NCBI GenBank assembly: GCA_951406725.2
Contig: OX597815.1
Coordinates: 115,072,001-115,136,000 of the forward strand
Direction of reading: 5' to 3'
DNA from: Octopus vulgaris
Taxonomy: Eukaryota
DNA: 64,000 nt
The notes below the pieces were generated by a model. That model did no database searches. It saw nothing but the letters and a program-made list of their open reading frames with translations, and was not told the DNA's origin. The position numbers were made by a program, and so were the translations under genes. Below, piece by piece: positions 38,331 through 49,757 of this stretch (within the stretch, counting starts at the first letter, position 1; each line of letters begins with the position of its first letter).

Positions 38331-38664
38331 CTGAGACCCCCTTCGGTCATGACTGACCATGGGATTGCACCTAGAAAGTTACCCTCCCTGGCACAAGCCT
38401 GGGCAAGGTTGTTTATGGAAGACCAGCAGTCGCCCATGCATACCGGCCTCCCCTCTCCAAGCCACCAGTGTTATCCAAGGGAAAGGCAAAGACCAATACA
38501 GCTTGGCACCTGTGATGTCGTAACTCATTTCTACAGCTGAGTGAACTGGAGCAACGTGAAATAAAGTGTCTTGCTCAAGAACACAACATGCAGCCTGGTC
38601 CAGGATTCGAGCTCACAGCTTCATGATCGTAAGCTCGATGCTCTAACCACTGAGCCACGCACCT
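38331..38664 (-). mobile_element. tRNA-derived SINE with a 12-bp TSD
   Basis: TSD tcttttgagtat at 38319-38330 and 38665-38676. Reverse head ggtgcgtggctcagtggttagagc...ttcgaatcc. Related copies at about 18130-18330, 52860-53145 and 62070-62255. Confidence 0.85.
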
Positions 38665-40739
38665 TCTTTTGAGTATATTTGTTATCATAATTTGATTTTT
38701 GCTACCTTTGCTCTCCAGCAATATTAACAATGACTACTGTAATAACTTTCATGCAACTGAATAAAAATTTAGTTATTCCCTATTTTTCACTAGTTTATTG
38801 AAAATATGAGAGAGCAGTATCTCAATTACACATTGGCTAAACAAAATTCAAAGCTCTTCTTTCTCTCTCTCTCTCTCTCTTTATCTCTTCTTTACAGAAC
38901 TATCAGAATAAGGAACCATAAAATTAATCATTGTCTACTCTTGTTTCAGTCTGTCTTATTACAAGAAACGTTTCTGTGGAACAAGACATCATTTTACTCT
39001 TTTCTGCCATGCAACTGCTTGCATCTGTTAATTTCTTTTCCTTTATCTCAGTAACATTTCTCATTCTCTTATGTCTGTGACATTAAAAAAACTTATTTTT
39101 CATGAAAATATAAAATACACCACTAACTTTTAAGCACATTCACATGCACAACATTACCTCTACAATATGTGTCAACTGAAACCTTGTTTTAATGGATATT
39201 GTAATTGAATATTGTTACTTTTCACCCTATGTGAATCAGTTTTATTTCAACCTCTAAACATTGTTTAACTACAGTGGATTAGAGTACCACATCAGTTGGC
39301 AGAGCTTTATCTTTTGATCTTTTGGTGGTATATAAAGAAAAAAGAATTTATATGCAAAATGGAGACAAATCACCACAATTTTTTTAAAGTGAAACATTTG
39401 AAAACTGTGAACTGTAAATGCATGAAACCTAAGGTAGTGACAAAAATCCACAAATAAAGAAAGTATATATCCACCAATGCAATGCTGAGTAGTCATTTTC
39501 AAGGTGTGTCACTAATGTGTGTATAATATGCACACACACACACAGACAATTATTGTCTCTCATCAACATTCTCTCTATGTTCTTTTTAAGGCTGTATAAT
39601 ATAATCTGAGGGATATTTGGTTGCTGTTTATAGCAGATCATATGGCTTACTAGTTATAAATAATGAATTATTTCCATCAGTGATGTAATTATTGTTGTTA
39701 TGTAGCCTTTGGGTTAGCACTGAATGAAAAAAACCTATGAACAAGACATTCTAGTTGTGATTATTCTGTCATTATTTCAGGTGTAGTCATGTATCCAGAA
39801 CTACATTATCCAGCACATTTGTTCTTTCCTTCAACAATTGGGTGTGAATTGAAGGAGGATTCAACTACTATTTCAAACAGGTCGAATGACTGTGTACAGG
39901 TTTTACTGTTCTTTTCACAGTTGGATATTTTTTTTACAGCTGATTACACCTTTACGATGTGGGATGTGGAGCTTGTCTGTTAATTTAGCAAACTGAGGCG
40001 AACAGAAGTATATCCTTTACTAACATGCAAGTCATTGGTTATCGTAAAATTTGATTAAATCAACTTATATAAATACCACCATTACTTTCAAAGCTGCTGC
40101 CTCACTAATATAAGGTAATCCTTTACATTATGATGATGACAAACTCAGAAGGATTCACAATAAAAGAATATATATGTGTGGTCATGGTTGTGTGATAAAG
40201 AAGCTTGCTTCCTAACCACTTGGTCTTGAGTTCAGTCCCACTGTGTGACACCTTGAGCAAGTGCCCCCTTCTGCAATAACTCCAGGCTGATCAAAGCCTT
40301 GTGAGTGGATTTGGTAGATGGAAACTGAAAGAAGCCCATCGTTATGTATGTATATATGTATGTGTGTATGTATGTATGCATGTATGTGTGTATGTTTGTA
40401 TGTATCTGTGTGCATGTGTGTACACCCTTATCTAGAAATCATGTAATAGTTGTAAGTCATACAAGTGAGATTGTTCATTCACAGTTTTCCATGAGAAACA
40501 TGTCTTGCTTTAGAAAATCGTTGTTTGGAAATAGGTAAGGCTTGGTGACAGGAAGGACATCTGACTATAGAAAATCTCCTTCAACAGGTTCTACATGATC
40601 CACCAAGTATAGAAAAATGAGCGTTAAACAATGATGATGATTTCTCCTTTCCTTGACTGTTCAAGACTAATCTGCTGGAGTTACTACTATGTTGAAGTAA
40701 ACACTCCAGTCCTTGTTAATTATGTTTCATATAGTTAGC

Positions 40740-41078
40740 TAGTGCATGCATATACAGCTGTGTGCGTGCGCACATACACGCGATTACTGTCCAAATCTCC
40801 GACCAATCACATACAGCTAGCTGGCATTCAATTGGCGTATCAAGTTTCGGGCATTTTGATTAGGTTTTGTATAGAAAATTCACAAAAAAGTCACTTCTAT
40901 TGGTTTTTTAATGGCTTTGTGGGATGACTGGGGAAATGTAAAGATGTGCATGACCACCCTTGGACGGTTTTGAATGACCATAGAAAGTGTGAGCCCTCTA
41001 ACTGAAAAATTGTGGATTTGTATAAAGGATACACACACACACACAGACAGACATTTTGCCATTTATATATAGAGAGAT
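40740..41078 (-). mobile_element. Probable non-autonomous Helitron-like element
   Basis: The reverse strand starts a|tctctctatatataaat...tgtctgtctgtgtgtg, a typical Helitron-N 5' end. The 3' end is uncertain. Confidence 0.45.
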
Positions 41079-41832
41079 ATATTTAATACCTTGGAAAACA
41101 TTAATTAATATACGTATATTGTTTAACTTAATAGTTGTGGCATTATTGTTTGTCTCTTTATAAATCTAATGTAGATCATAGTTGTAGTGTGTGTTTATTC
41201 ATCTTGATGGTTTTAGTTGGTATTATTTATTCTTATTTTCTCTTAAGCTTATGGCTGTAATGTAAAATATCACCCTCATACAATATCTTTTTATTTAGAG
41301 TTTCTAAGTCATAGAGTTCATAGCAATTAGTGTAACATAGTATGAGCTTTAAAGTTTCATGCTGAAGTGATTTTCAACTAAATATCTTGAAACTGGGAGT
41401 GTTATTTTTGTTTTCTATTAGGCTTCAATGATAATAAAAAAATAAATAAAAATAAAAAATAATAAAAGGAAATACATAAGTATTGTCAGATATTTGTCTG
41501 TATAAACTGTCACATGCAATATATTTTAATGCATTTCAGAAAATTCCTTTTATCTAAGTTTTTTTTAAAAATTCTTACGCTGTAGGCGTTATTTGTGACT
41601 TTGACCATAACTTACATCTTACTCACAATTGAATTAGTGATGTTTTATTCTACATTGTTTCTTCATGTTTCTGTAACCCCATCTATAATAATCAAGTTTT
41701 TGTGAGCCAATGAGGAAGCCACTATTTAACCTGGGGTTAAATGAAAACAAACAACAAATAAGTTCTTATGGATTGTTCTTTGATTTGTTTATTTCAACAA
41801 CTTCATGTTTGATATGTGTACAAACACATTTA

Positions 41833-42290
41833 TTGGAGTTGGACGAAATAATGCAAACACCTTGTTAAATGAAGTTTTATTACTTAATACAGGGTTGGTC
41901 CAACTTTGGTATCAATCGCAGCTTTAATACATCAAGGAATTGACTTGTATATGTTCTGAAAGACTGTTAGAGGAATTTTGAACCATTCTTCAAGTAAATC
42001 TTGCCTTAGGCTCTTTCAGTAGCGATGGCAGAGAGAAGCAGCTCCTGACATGCTGCTCCAAAATGCACCATGAATGTTCACTTATATTGAGATTGTGTGT
42101 ATGTTGGAGGTAGAGGAGGAGCAGTCCAAGTGGTTTACTTTTCTTTAGTGCTTTTCAAATCAATTTTTAATAGCATTAGCTGTATGAACTGGCACATTAT
42201 CATCCTGGAAGATTCTACAATCATCCAGGAGTAATGTTTGTAACCTTAGGATGTATATGATCAGCCAAAATACTCAAATAAATTTGCATA
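41833..42290 (-). mobile_element. Tc1-like transposase C-terminal remnant plus terminal TIR-like end
   Basis: Reverse translation: FQDDNVPVHTA...LNISEHSWCILE...LLEEWFKIP...IYKSIP*CIKAAIDTKVGPTLY. Confidence 0.75.
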
Positions 42291-42346
42291 TACACATGTG
42301 TACACGTTCGTAGATGAGCATTGAGAAAGTTACCATTGATATAAAT

Positions 42347-42574
42347 CAGTGGTTATCCAACCATTTTTTTACCTGTGGACTCCTTTCATTCCTATTTTAC
42401 TTAGGTGGACCCTCGTAGCCATTTGATGCTTAAAAACTCATATTATGCATTTTGTAATTTAATATTATTTAGAATTGTACAAAAAAATAAAATATGTGTG
42501 CTGTAGATGTATAGCCAATTCATTGCATATAAATTTTCACAAAATCTTATATGGACCCCATTTGAGAACCACTG
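42347..42574. mobile_element. hAT-like MITE with an 8-bp TSD
   Basis: TIR cagtggtt.t..aa / tt.agaaccactg. Perfect TSD ATATAAAT at 42339-46 and 42575-82. Confidence 0.88.
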
Positions 42575-44344
42575 ATATAAATAGACAACTAAAGATATAT
42601 GGGCATGAGTGCTTGTTTATGTTTGTCCCAACCACTGCTTGACAACTTGTGTTGGTTTGTTTACATCCTTGTAACTTAGCAAATTTGACAAAAGAGAATG
42701 ATAAAATAAGTATCAGATTTAAAAACCTCTCAGATGAGATGGGAAAGGACTGAGATACCTGATGCTTAGCTGTAATTAAGAAGATTCACTCTCCACAGCA
42801 GAAGTGTTAAGGCCATTCCTCCCTGGTGAAGAGGATTGGTCTGCAAGAGACCTGTGCTGATGCCTCATCAGAAGCACTTGTGCCAGTGCCATGCACAAGT
42901 GCTTATATCAGTGCCACATTAAAAGCATCCATTGCACACTGTAAAGTGGTTGGCATCAGAAAGAGCATCCAGCTGTAGAAACCAAGCTAAATCAGAGTGG
43001 AACCTGGTGCAGGTCTCCAGCTTGCCAGTTTGGGTCAAACCCGCCAACCCATGCCAGCATGGAAAACAGACGTTAAATGATGATGATGATGATGATGAAA
43101 CACTGTAGTTGATTTGTTTGACTTAACTCTTCAAGGTAGTGCCCCAGTATGGCCACCATCCTATGACTGAAACAAGAAAAAGATAAAAGGTAAAGATAAT
43201 GGAGTTCTAGATACACTAATCCTTGTAAAAGGGCAAATATGATTGTATGATGGTCTTCTTCATCAGGGCACACCAAGGGTTAAACAACAATAACATCAAC
43301 AACAAAAATGTAGTAGTACCTATTTACAGTTACATGGACTCAGCTGTAGAAATTGAAGATTATTGACTGTAGACAATATGTTGTGCCTTTGACAATACAA
43401 ACTCCTCAACCATTCAGCTATTTGTCCAGTACTCCTCTATCAACACAGCCATGTATACTTTAATTGAATAGGCAGGACATAAGCAATAATATAAAGAAAG
43501 AATCATGCTATCATATGTGTGTGTGTATGCATGTATGTGTGTGTATGTACATGTGTGTGCGTGTATATATATATATCAATACATACATATGTAAACCTAT
43601 CAGCTTTATGCACATATATATATATATATATATATTTGCATACAGGTTTTCCCCAATGTAATATTTATTTGCTATATCTATTATCTACTTCCAAGCTATT
43701 AAATTGTATTGTGCTAACTGTATTTGCAGATAGTTTTATAAAGTTTATTATGTGCTGCTCTTAGACATTTGTAACACATAAAGAAATAATTAATACTTCT
43801 GCAGCTACTGTTGCTACTACTGCTGTTGCCACTCCTGCCGCTGTCGTTGTTGCTGCTGCTGATACTACAACTACTACTACTGCTACAACTTTTACTACCA
43901 TTTACCTACACCACCGCTACTAATGGTGGTGAATTGACAGAGATAATTGCGTCAGACAAAACACTTGACAGTATTTGTTCTCATTCTTTACATTTGGAGT
44001 TCAGCTTAAGACTTGGCTAACTTTGCTTTTTCATCCATCTGGGGTTGATGAAATAAAGTACTTGCCAACTACAAGGGTTTATTGACTGACTCCTCCCCAA
44101 AATTTATGCCCTTGAGCCTATATCAGAATTAATAAAGATAGTGGATTGGCAGACTTATTAAAGCATTGGACAGAATGCCTTACAGTGTTTGTTTTAGCTC
44201 TTTATGTTCTGAGTTCAAATCCCACAGAAGTGTCCATCAATTGTTCTCTATAACTGAATTTCTGATTTTGTTTGTATTAGGTTGGCAACTAAGTTCCTGC
44301 CATTTTAAAAAATTTAAATTTTTTAAAAGGTTTAATAAAAAATA

Positions 44345-44443
44345 ACTCTTAACCACTACACCATATGCCCATGGGCATACGGTATAGTGGTTAAAAGTGC
44401 GGGCTACTAACCCCAAGATTCCAAGTTTGATTCCAGTCTGTGA

Positions 44444-44477
<34 letters not shown>

Positions 44478-44670
44478 TATAATTATAATATCATCAAAAA
44501 AATACCTGAGGAATGAGAACCCAGGTTCGAAATTTCCCCAAGACACCTGATGAAGGCTGGAGGGTATATCAGCTGAAACACTGTGTTAACAACAAACAAG
44601 ATGGGGACAAATATCTGTCAAATGTAAATAATGTACATAATTCCTCATCTCTTGAATATAGAACTGTATA
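44345..44670 (+). mobile_element. tRNA-headed non-autonomous retroelement with a 5' palindrome, (AAT)n and a hammerhead motif
   Basis: 27-bp-arm palindrome at 44345-44398, tRNA-like A/B boxes, (aat)n, then a CTGATGA..GAAA core. Confidence 0.6.
44542..44587 (+). ncRNA. Minimal type I hammerhead ribozyme motif (probably decayed)
   Basis: Stem I gacac/gtgtt; core CTGATGA (44547-53); stem II ggctg/cagct; GAAA (44575-78); very short stem III, mutated. Confidence 0.6.
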
Positions 44671-44699
44671 ATGATACATAGTATATTTATGTTAAAGGA

Positions 44700-46756
44700 A
44701 TACTCATTTATTTCTGATATACTCAGCTCGGAAATGTTTGAGACACTTGCTCTTGCACTTATGCGACGTGCTGGTCTTCTGTTGTAGGAACCAGGAGTAG
44801 TCACCCATCATGTGTGAATTGAACTAGCCTTGATACCTTGTTTACATCTCAGATATGTCCTGGCTGAACCTCTCGCTATGCTCATCACTAACGACACCAA
44901 GATTCATTGGAAAAAGATTGAAATGAGAATGCAAGAAGTGCATTTTAAGGGACATTTAGCATGCCATTCTTTCATATGCTGTTAGCATGTAGTTATTAAA
45001 TCAGCATAGTTTTCCGCTCTGTGATTTCAAAGAAAGTTTTGTACAACTAACACGAATGAATCTCATGCTGTCAGCTCAACTGGATTCAGTTTACCTCCAA
45101 ATTTGCTATCAGACATCCATTCTCTGATCTCAGGTCCAATGAAAATACCTGCTTTCAGTTTTGCATCACTTTTCTCTGCACCAAATTTTACTTTTAGGTA
45201 CTGGAAACCACACCCATCATGTGTCATTGCTTTTATGAAGTTTTTCATGAGGCCAAGTTTGATTTGAAGGGGTGGAAGGAAGATCTTTTGTAGGTGTACC
45301 AGTGGCATATGCTGCACATTATACCGACCAACTATGCGCTCATCTCTTTTAGGCCAGTCTCTTACAGTGTAATGATTGCTGTCATCACAGCTTTTCCAAA
45401 CACACAAGGATCATGTACTTTTGGTATATCCCAGCTGCAGTCCTAGGAGGAGGGAAATCACCACAAATATTCCATTTATGAACTGAGTAATTAACTCCTT
45501 TCAGAATGAGTTCCAATTAGTCATAAGTTTCTTCCATACTGACATGACCCACAGGAATGGAAGGTTTTCATTTCCATTATGTAGTAACACAGCTTTGAGG
45601 CTAACCTTATTTGTGTCTGTAAACAATCTTCATTTGTTAGTCACATATACATGTCCTAGTTTTTGCATGAGTGCATTAATGTCAATACAGAAACAAGCAT
45701 TATTTTCTTGCTTGAAAAAGACAGATAAGCCTTCATAGCGAGAACAGAAAATGGAAATTTTTGTACCTTGCTGTAGTCTGGATTCCAAAACTTCTGCCTT
45801 CTCCTTTGACAATGCTAGGTCTCTTACTAAATCATTCAAATCTTTATTAAACAAGCGTGGTTCATTTTTCTTAGAATCAACTATGTACTCTGCACTGATA
45901 GGAGAATCAGGGGGTTCATCATGCAACGTGTCAAGATTTTCAACTGAATAATGTGAGAGGGTAACTGGGACAGGGTTCTCGGAGTCATGTGGGATCAGTT
46001 TTAGAGCCAACTTACAATCTGCATACACAATTTTTGCTTTGGTTTTCTTTGAAAAGCCACAAATACTAGTCATGCAAAAGTAACAATCAGAGACAGGATT
46101 GGTTGGCTCAAACCATACCATTGGTACAACAAAAGGCATTCCCTACTGTTTTCCATTCAGCCACTGTGTAAGCCCTGAGCAACACATGGTGCAACATACA
46201 TGAAGTGTCCACCTCTTGTCTTGCTCCCAACTTTACACCCAAAATAATATTTATAGGCAGTTTTTAACTTGTTGGCAATGTTCTTCTGCTGGTCATGCTG
46301 AACAAATTTTCCACTGATATAACAAAAGTTGTCTGGGTGATTCACACAGCCTCTCCTATTCAGGATTTAACACAATGAACACAGTTAAAACAGTAACCAC
46401 ACAGAGCGAGAGATATACATACCACATGTGACGGTAGTGCAAATGACACTAAGAGTTATCAAGAAAAACCTAATATACTTGGTGCTTGCACACAATATAC
46501 GTCAGCACCATCTATTGCTAAACTAAATAATGAATGTTCTCATTGTTTGTTTTATTGTTGTTATTTCTTTAATTCTGAATTAAGACTGCTTTCATTTAAG
46601 CAAATTTTATAATATGGCTTATATCTAGTTATAATCTAGTGTGTGCAGAATTCAAAATCCTGATGTGCTAGGACAATTCTGAGTATGGTTTCGGAATTAG
46701 CATCCTCGATTTAGTCTAAAATACATGCTCAGTAGCAAAATCTTTGTTGTCCAGTG
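44700..46756 (-). mobile_element. Chapaev3-like (CMC superfamily) DNA transposon remnant
   Basis: Motifs NHPDNFCYI.G, AY..YFG, MPF..PMVW.EP.N..SDCYFC, PPL.IKLGLMKNF.KAM, SDAKLKAGIFIGP.IR and SLKMHFLHSH...NLG.VSDEH.ERF.QDI..M..RYQG. Terminus CACTGG at 46756. Confidence 0.85.
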
Positions 46757-47774
46757 TCATCAACCACTGGACTTACTGTCTTCAGTTCCAAGACACATAG
46801 AGCCAGTTACTCAGTCTCCATGGTGTATAAGTGACTGAAATCACAACATTGCCTTCGAATGGAATGCCAGTCCATTATGGTTGTGCTTGGAGAGCTGGCA
46901 TAATAATTTGCACACTTGACAAACTGCTGAGTGACATTTCATCCATCTGTACATACTGAGTTCAAATTCTGCCAAGGTTGACTTTGCCTTTTATCCTTTT
47001 GGGGTTGATAAAATAAGTATCAGTTGAGCACAGGGGTTGATTTAATCGACTTACCCCTCTCACCAAATTGCTGGCCTTATGCCAAAAGTTGAAACCATTA
47101 TTATCATCAATGTAATTTTTTGTGAATCAACTTTGCTTTCCTCCTTCTGAGATTAATGAGAACCAGTCAAGTTTTAGGGTCAGTCTGTGACCTTATGTCT
47201 ATGTTAGAAATCATTAACTGTCATCATTTCAAGTTGATGGTAGAATCAGCAGAGCAAGGGAAGAATATTTTGTTGGATTCAGTTAAATTTTTGAAGTTCT
47301 AATTTCAAATTGTGCTGGGTTGACTTTGGTCTTCATACTTTTGGAATTAATAAAATAAAGTAGCAGTTAAGGCAAAGCTGACAGGATTTGTACACAGAAT
47401 GTTACGAGCTGAAATAAACAGCACAAGGTATTTTGTGTAATGTTTCATCATTTCTGTAAATTAAATACTGGCATCTATTTGACTGACTAGACCCTATCTC
47501 TCCTCATCCCAAATGTGGCCCTGCACCAAAATTAGAAATCTCTAACTTTTAATTGCAGAAAGTAGTTTTATGTACCAGACTATCTTTTGTTGAGATGTAG
47601 CATGTTCCATGGGATAACCCACAAGTAATAAACTGATAACCACTCCAACTGGCCAGTAACATGCCACTGATGATACTGAAAGGTATCCCAATTAAAGAAT
47701 TGGTTTGAATTCTATACCTCTGCTTATTGATGCAATATAACTTGGAGAAAATACCAATTCTAATTTTTGTTAGA

Positions 47775-48500
47775 TATGTGGTCTGATCAATAAGCATCCA
47801 GACTGTTGCTATAGTAATGAAGCTAAAGCATGGAGAGCGAAGCTGCTTGTCACAGATTGACCTTTAACTCTGCTGTACATGCACACTAAGTTTTAACATT
47901 CTAGCTCACGCTGTTTACAGCAGTACTTGGAAGGAAGGTGTGTAACATGTGATCATTGCATTGACAATGACAGAAAATTGAGCAGAGAATCTGCAACAAA
48001 TTTTGCCAAAAGCTTGTCGATACCTGCCCAGAGACCTATGCAAAGTTTTCAAAAAGTTTTCATTTTTTTCAAAATATCAAGGAGATCTTGTGCAACTGAA
48101 ACCCAGTGTTGTTTTGGTCAGCTGAAAGTGGTTTTGGCACAAACTTGGCAGACATGCATCTCATACCCAAATCTTCAATAATAATTGACTGAACTGATCA
48201 GCAACTAATATTCTGATAACTCATGGATGGTGATTCAATGATTTCTCCTCACAGCTGCATGCACATCTGCTATGTTTTTCTCAGTTCTGCTGGTTGCAGG
48301 GTCCAAGAATGTTCGTCAATATTGACATTTTTCCAGCCTTCTTGGAAACATTTGAACCACCTGTACACTTGTGTGCAGCTCATACACACTTCTCCATACA
48401 CTTTCTGCAACGTTCTATAGGCCTCTGGGCAGGTATTGCTATGACAACTTTCTCTGCTCATGTTTTATTCAATTGCCAGTGTTTCAACCAAGAAATGACT
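47775..48500. mobile_element. Two convergent mariner 5' fragments
   Basis: The plus part has a TIR-like end and EQRIC.KFCQKL..TC.ETY. The minus part encodes TCPEAYRTLQKVYGE.CMS.TQVYRWFK.F..G. Confidence 0.65.
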
Positions 48501-49330
48501 ATCTATGTACATAGCTACCCTTCCCAATGTAATTGATAACTTTGTCCTCTTAAAATGCAGACAGTATGTTTTAATGTACAGTAATCCCTTGACTATCGCA
48601 GGTGTTACGTTCCAAAACCCTCCGCAATAGGTGAAAATCCCTGAAGCAGAATTTTCTTTTACTATTTTTATAATTTGTATATATCTATTTTATTATTTTT
48701 ATATATTTAAGCTTTTATAAACTCTTCCCACACTCTTAGGAGTACCCGTGTCTTCTCTTTTTTTGTGGGTGAGGAACATAGTGATGGGCAGTTGCTAGTG
48801 CGGCCTTTTCTCATGTAAGGAGGTTTTCATAAACTTCCATGGCTTTGTCGATTGCATTTCTGAACTGCAATGCATGAATTATCAGGGAGTCCCAATCTTC
48901 TGCCATTCTCTGAAGTTCTTTTGGTGGCCTGCATCTGCATACCATCTCCCTTCCTTAAGCATGTCGAGGAGACTCACCTTCTCTGCTATAGTAAACATCT
49001 TCCTCTGACACTTGGGTCCACTGCGAGAAGCCTGAGAAGGTGCAGAACATTTAGGTGACATCGTAGGACTTGAAATAAATTCACAATTTTACATACAAAT
49101 GCAAAACACCACCACGCACTCACCTCCAGAGTTTCGTTTTCCATACAGTATGTGTTTCTTTGTTTACTCATCTACGGTACACTACGTATTTTCTTTTAAG
49201 ATATTTTAATTTTAATTAATGTGTTATACAGTGCAGTACTGTACAGTATTTTTATTTATTATCTTTTAGGTGTGAAAGTGCTTAGTTTACCACAGAAATA
49301 ATTAAACTCTAAAAAAGATATATAGATATA

Positions 49331-49700
49331 GGCACAGGAGTGGCTGTGTAGTAAGTAGCTTGCATACCAACCACATGGTTTCAGGTTCATTCCCACTGCA
49401 TGACATCTTGGGCAAGTGTCTTCTACTATAGCCTCAGGCCAACCAAAGCCTTGTGAATGGATTTGGTAGACGGAAACTGAAGGAAGCCCGTCGCATATAT
49501 GTATGTGTGTATATGTTTGTCTCCCCAGCATCGCTTGACAACCGATGGTGGTGTGTTTATGTCCCTGTAACTTAGCAGTTCAGCAAAAGAGACTGATAGA
49601 ATAAGTACTAGGCTTCCAAAGAATAAGTCCTGAGGTCAATTTGCTTGACTAAAAGTAGTGCTCCAGCATGGCCACAGTCAAATGACTGAAACAAGTAAAA
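49331..49700 (+). mobile_element. tRNA-derived SINE, second abundant family; copies at about 9800-9955(-), 25970-26570, 27160-27315(-), 40180-40340
   Basis: Head ggc.caggagtggctgtgt.gtaag.agcttgc...caggttca.tccc, body gccttgtga.tggatttggtagacggaaactgaa, tail cagcatggccacagtcaaatgactgaaacaagtaaaa. Confidence 0.8.
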
Positions 49701-49757
49701 AAAGTATACCTATCGACTGCAGAAACCTGTGATGTACTGAGGAGTCCGCGATATAAA

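Noticed and set aside
43240-43280. Second CTGATGA motif (minus strand) as a possible hammerhead
   Set aside because: There is no correctly placed stem II or GAAA, and related repeat copies read ctgatca or ttgatga.
44372-44447. Possible genuine tRNA gene
   Set aside because: The acceptor stem and T-arm are degenerate and the sequence is embedded in a composite repeat. It is treated as a SINE-like head.
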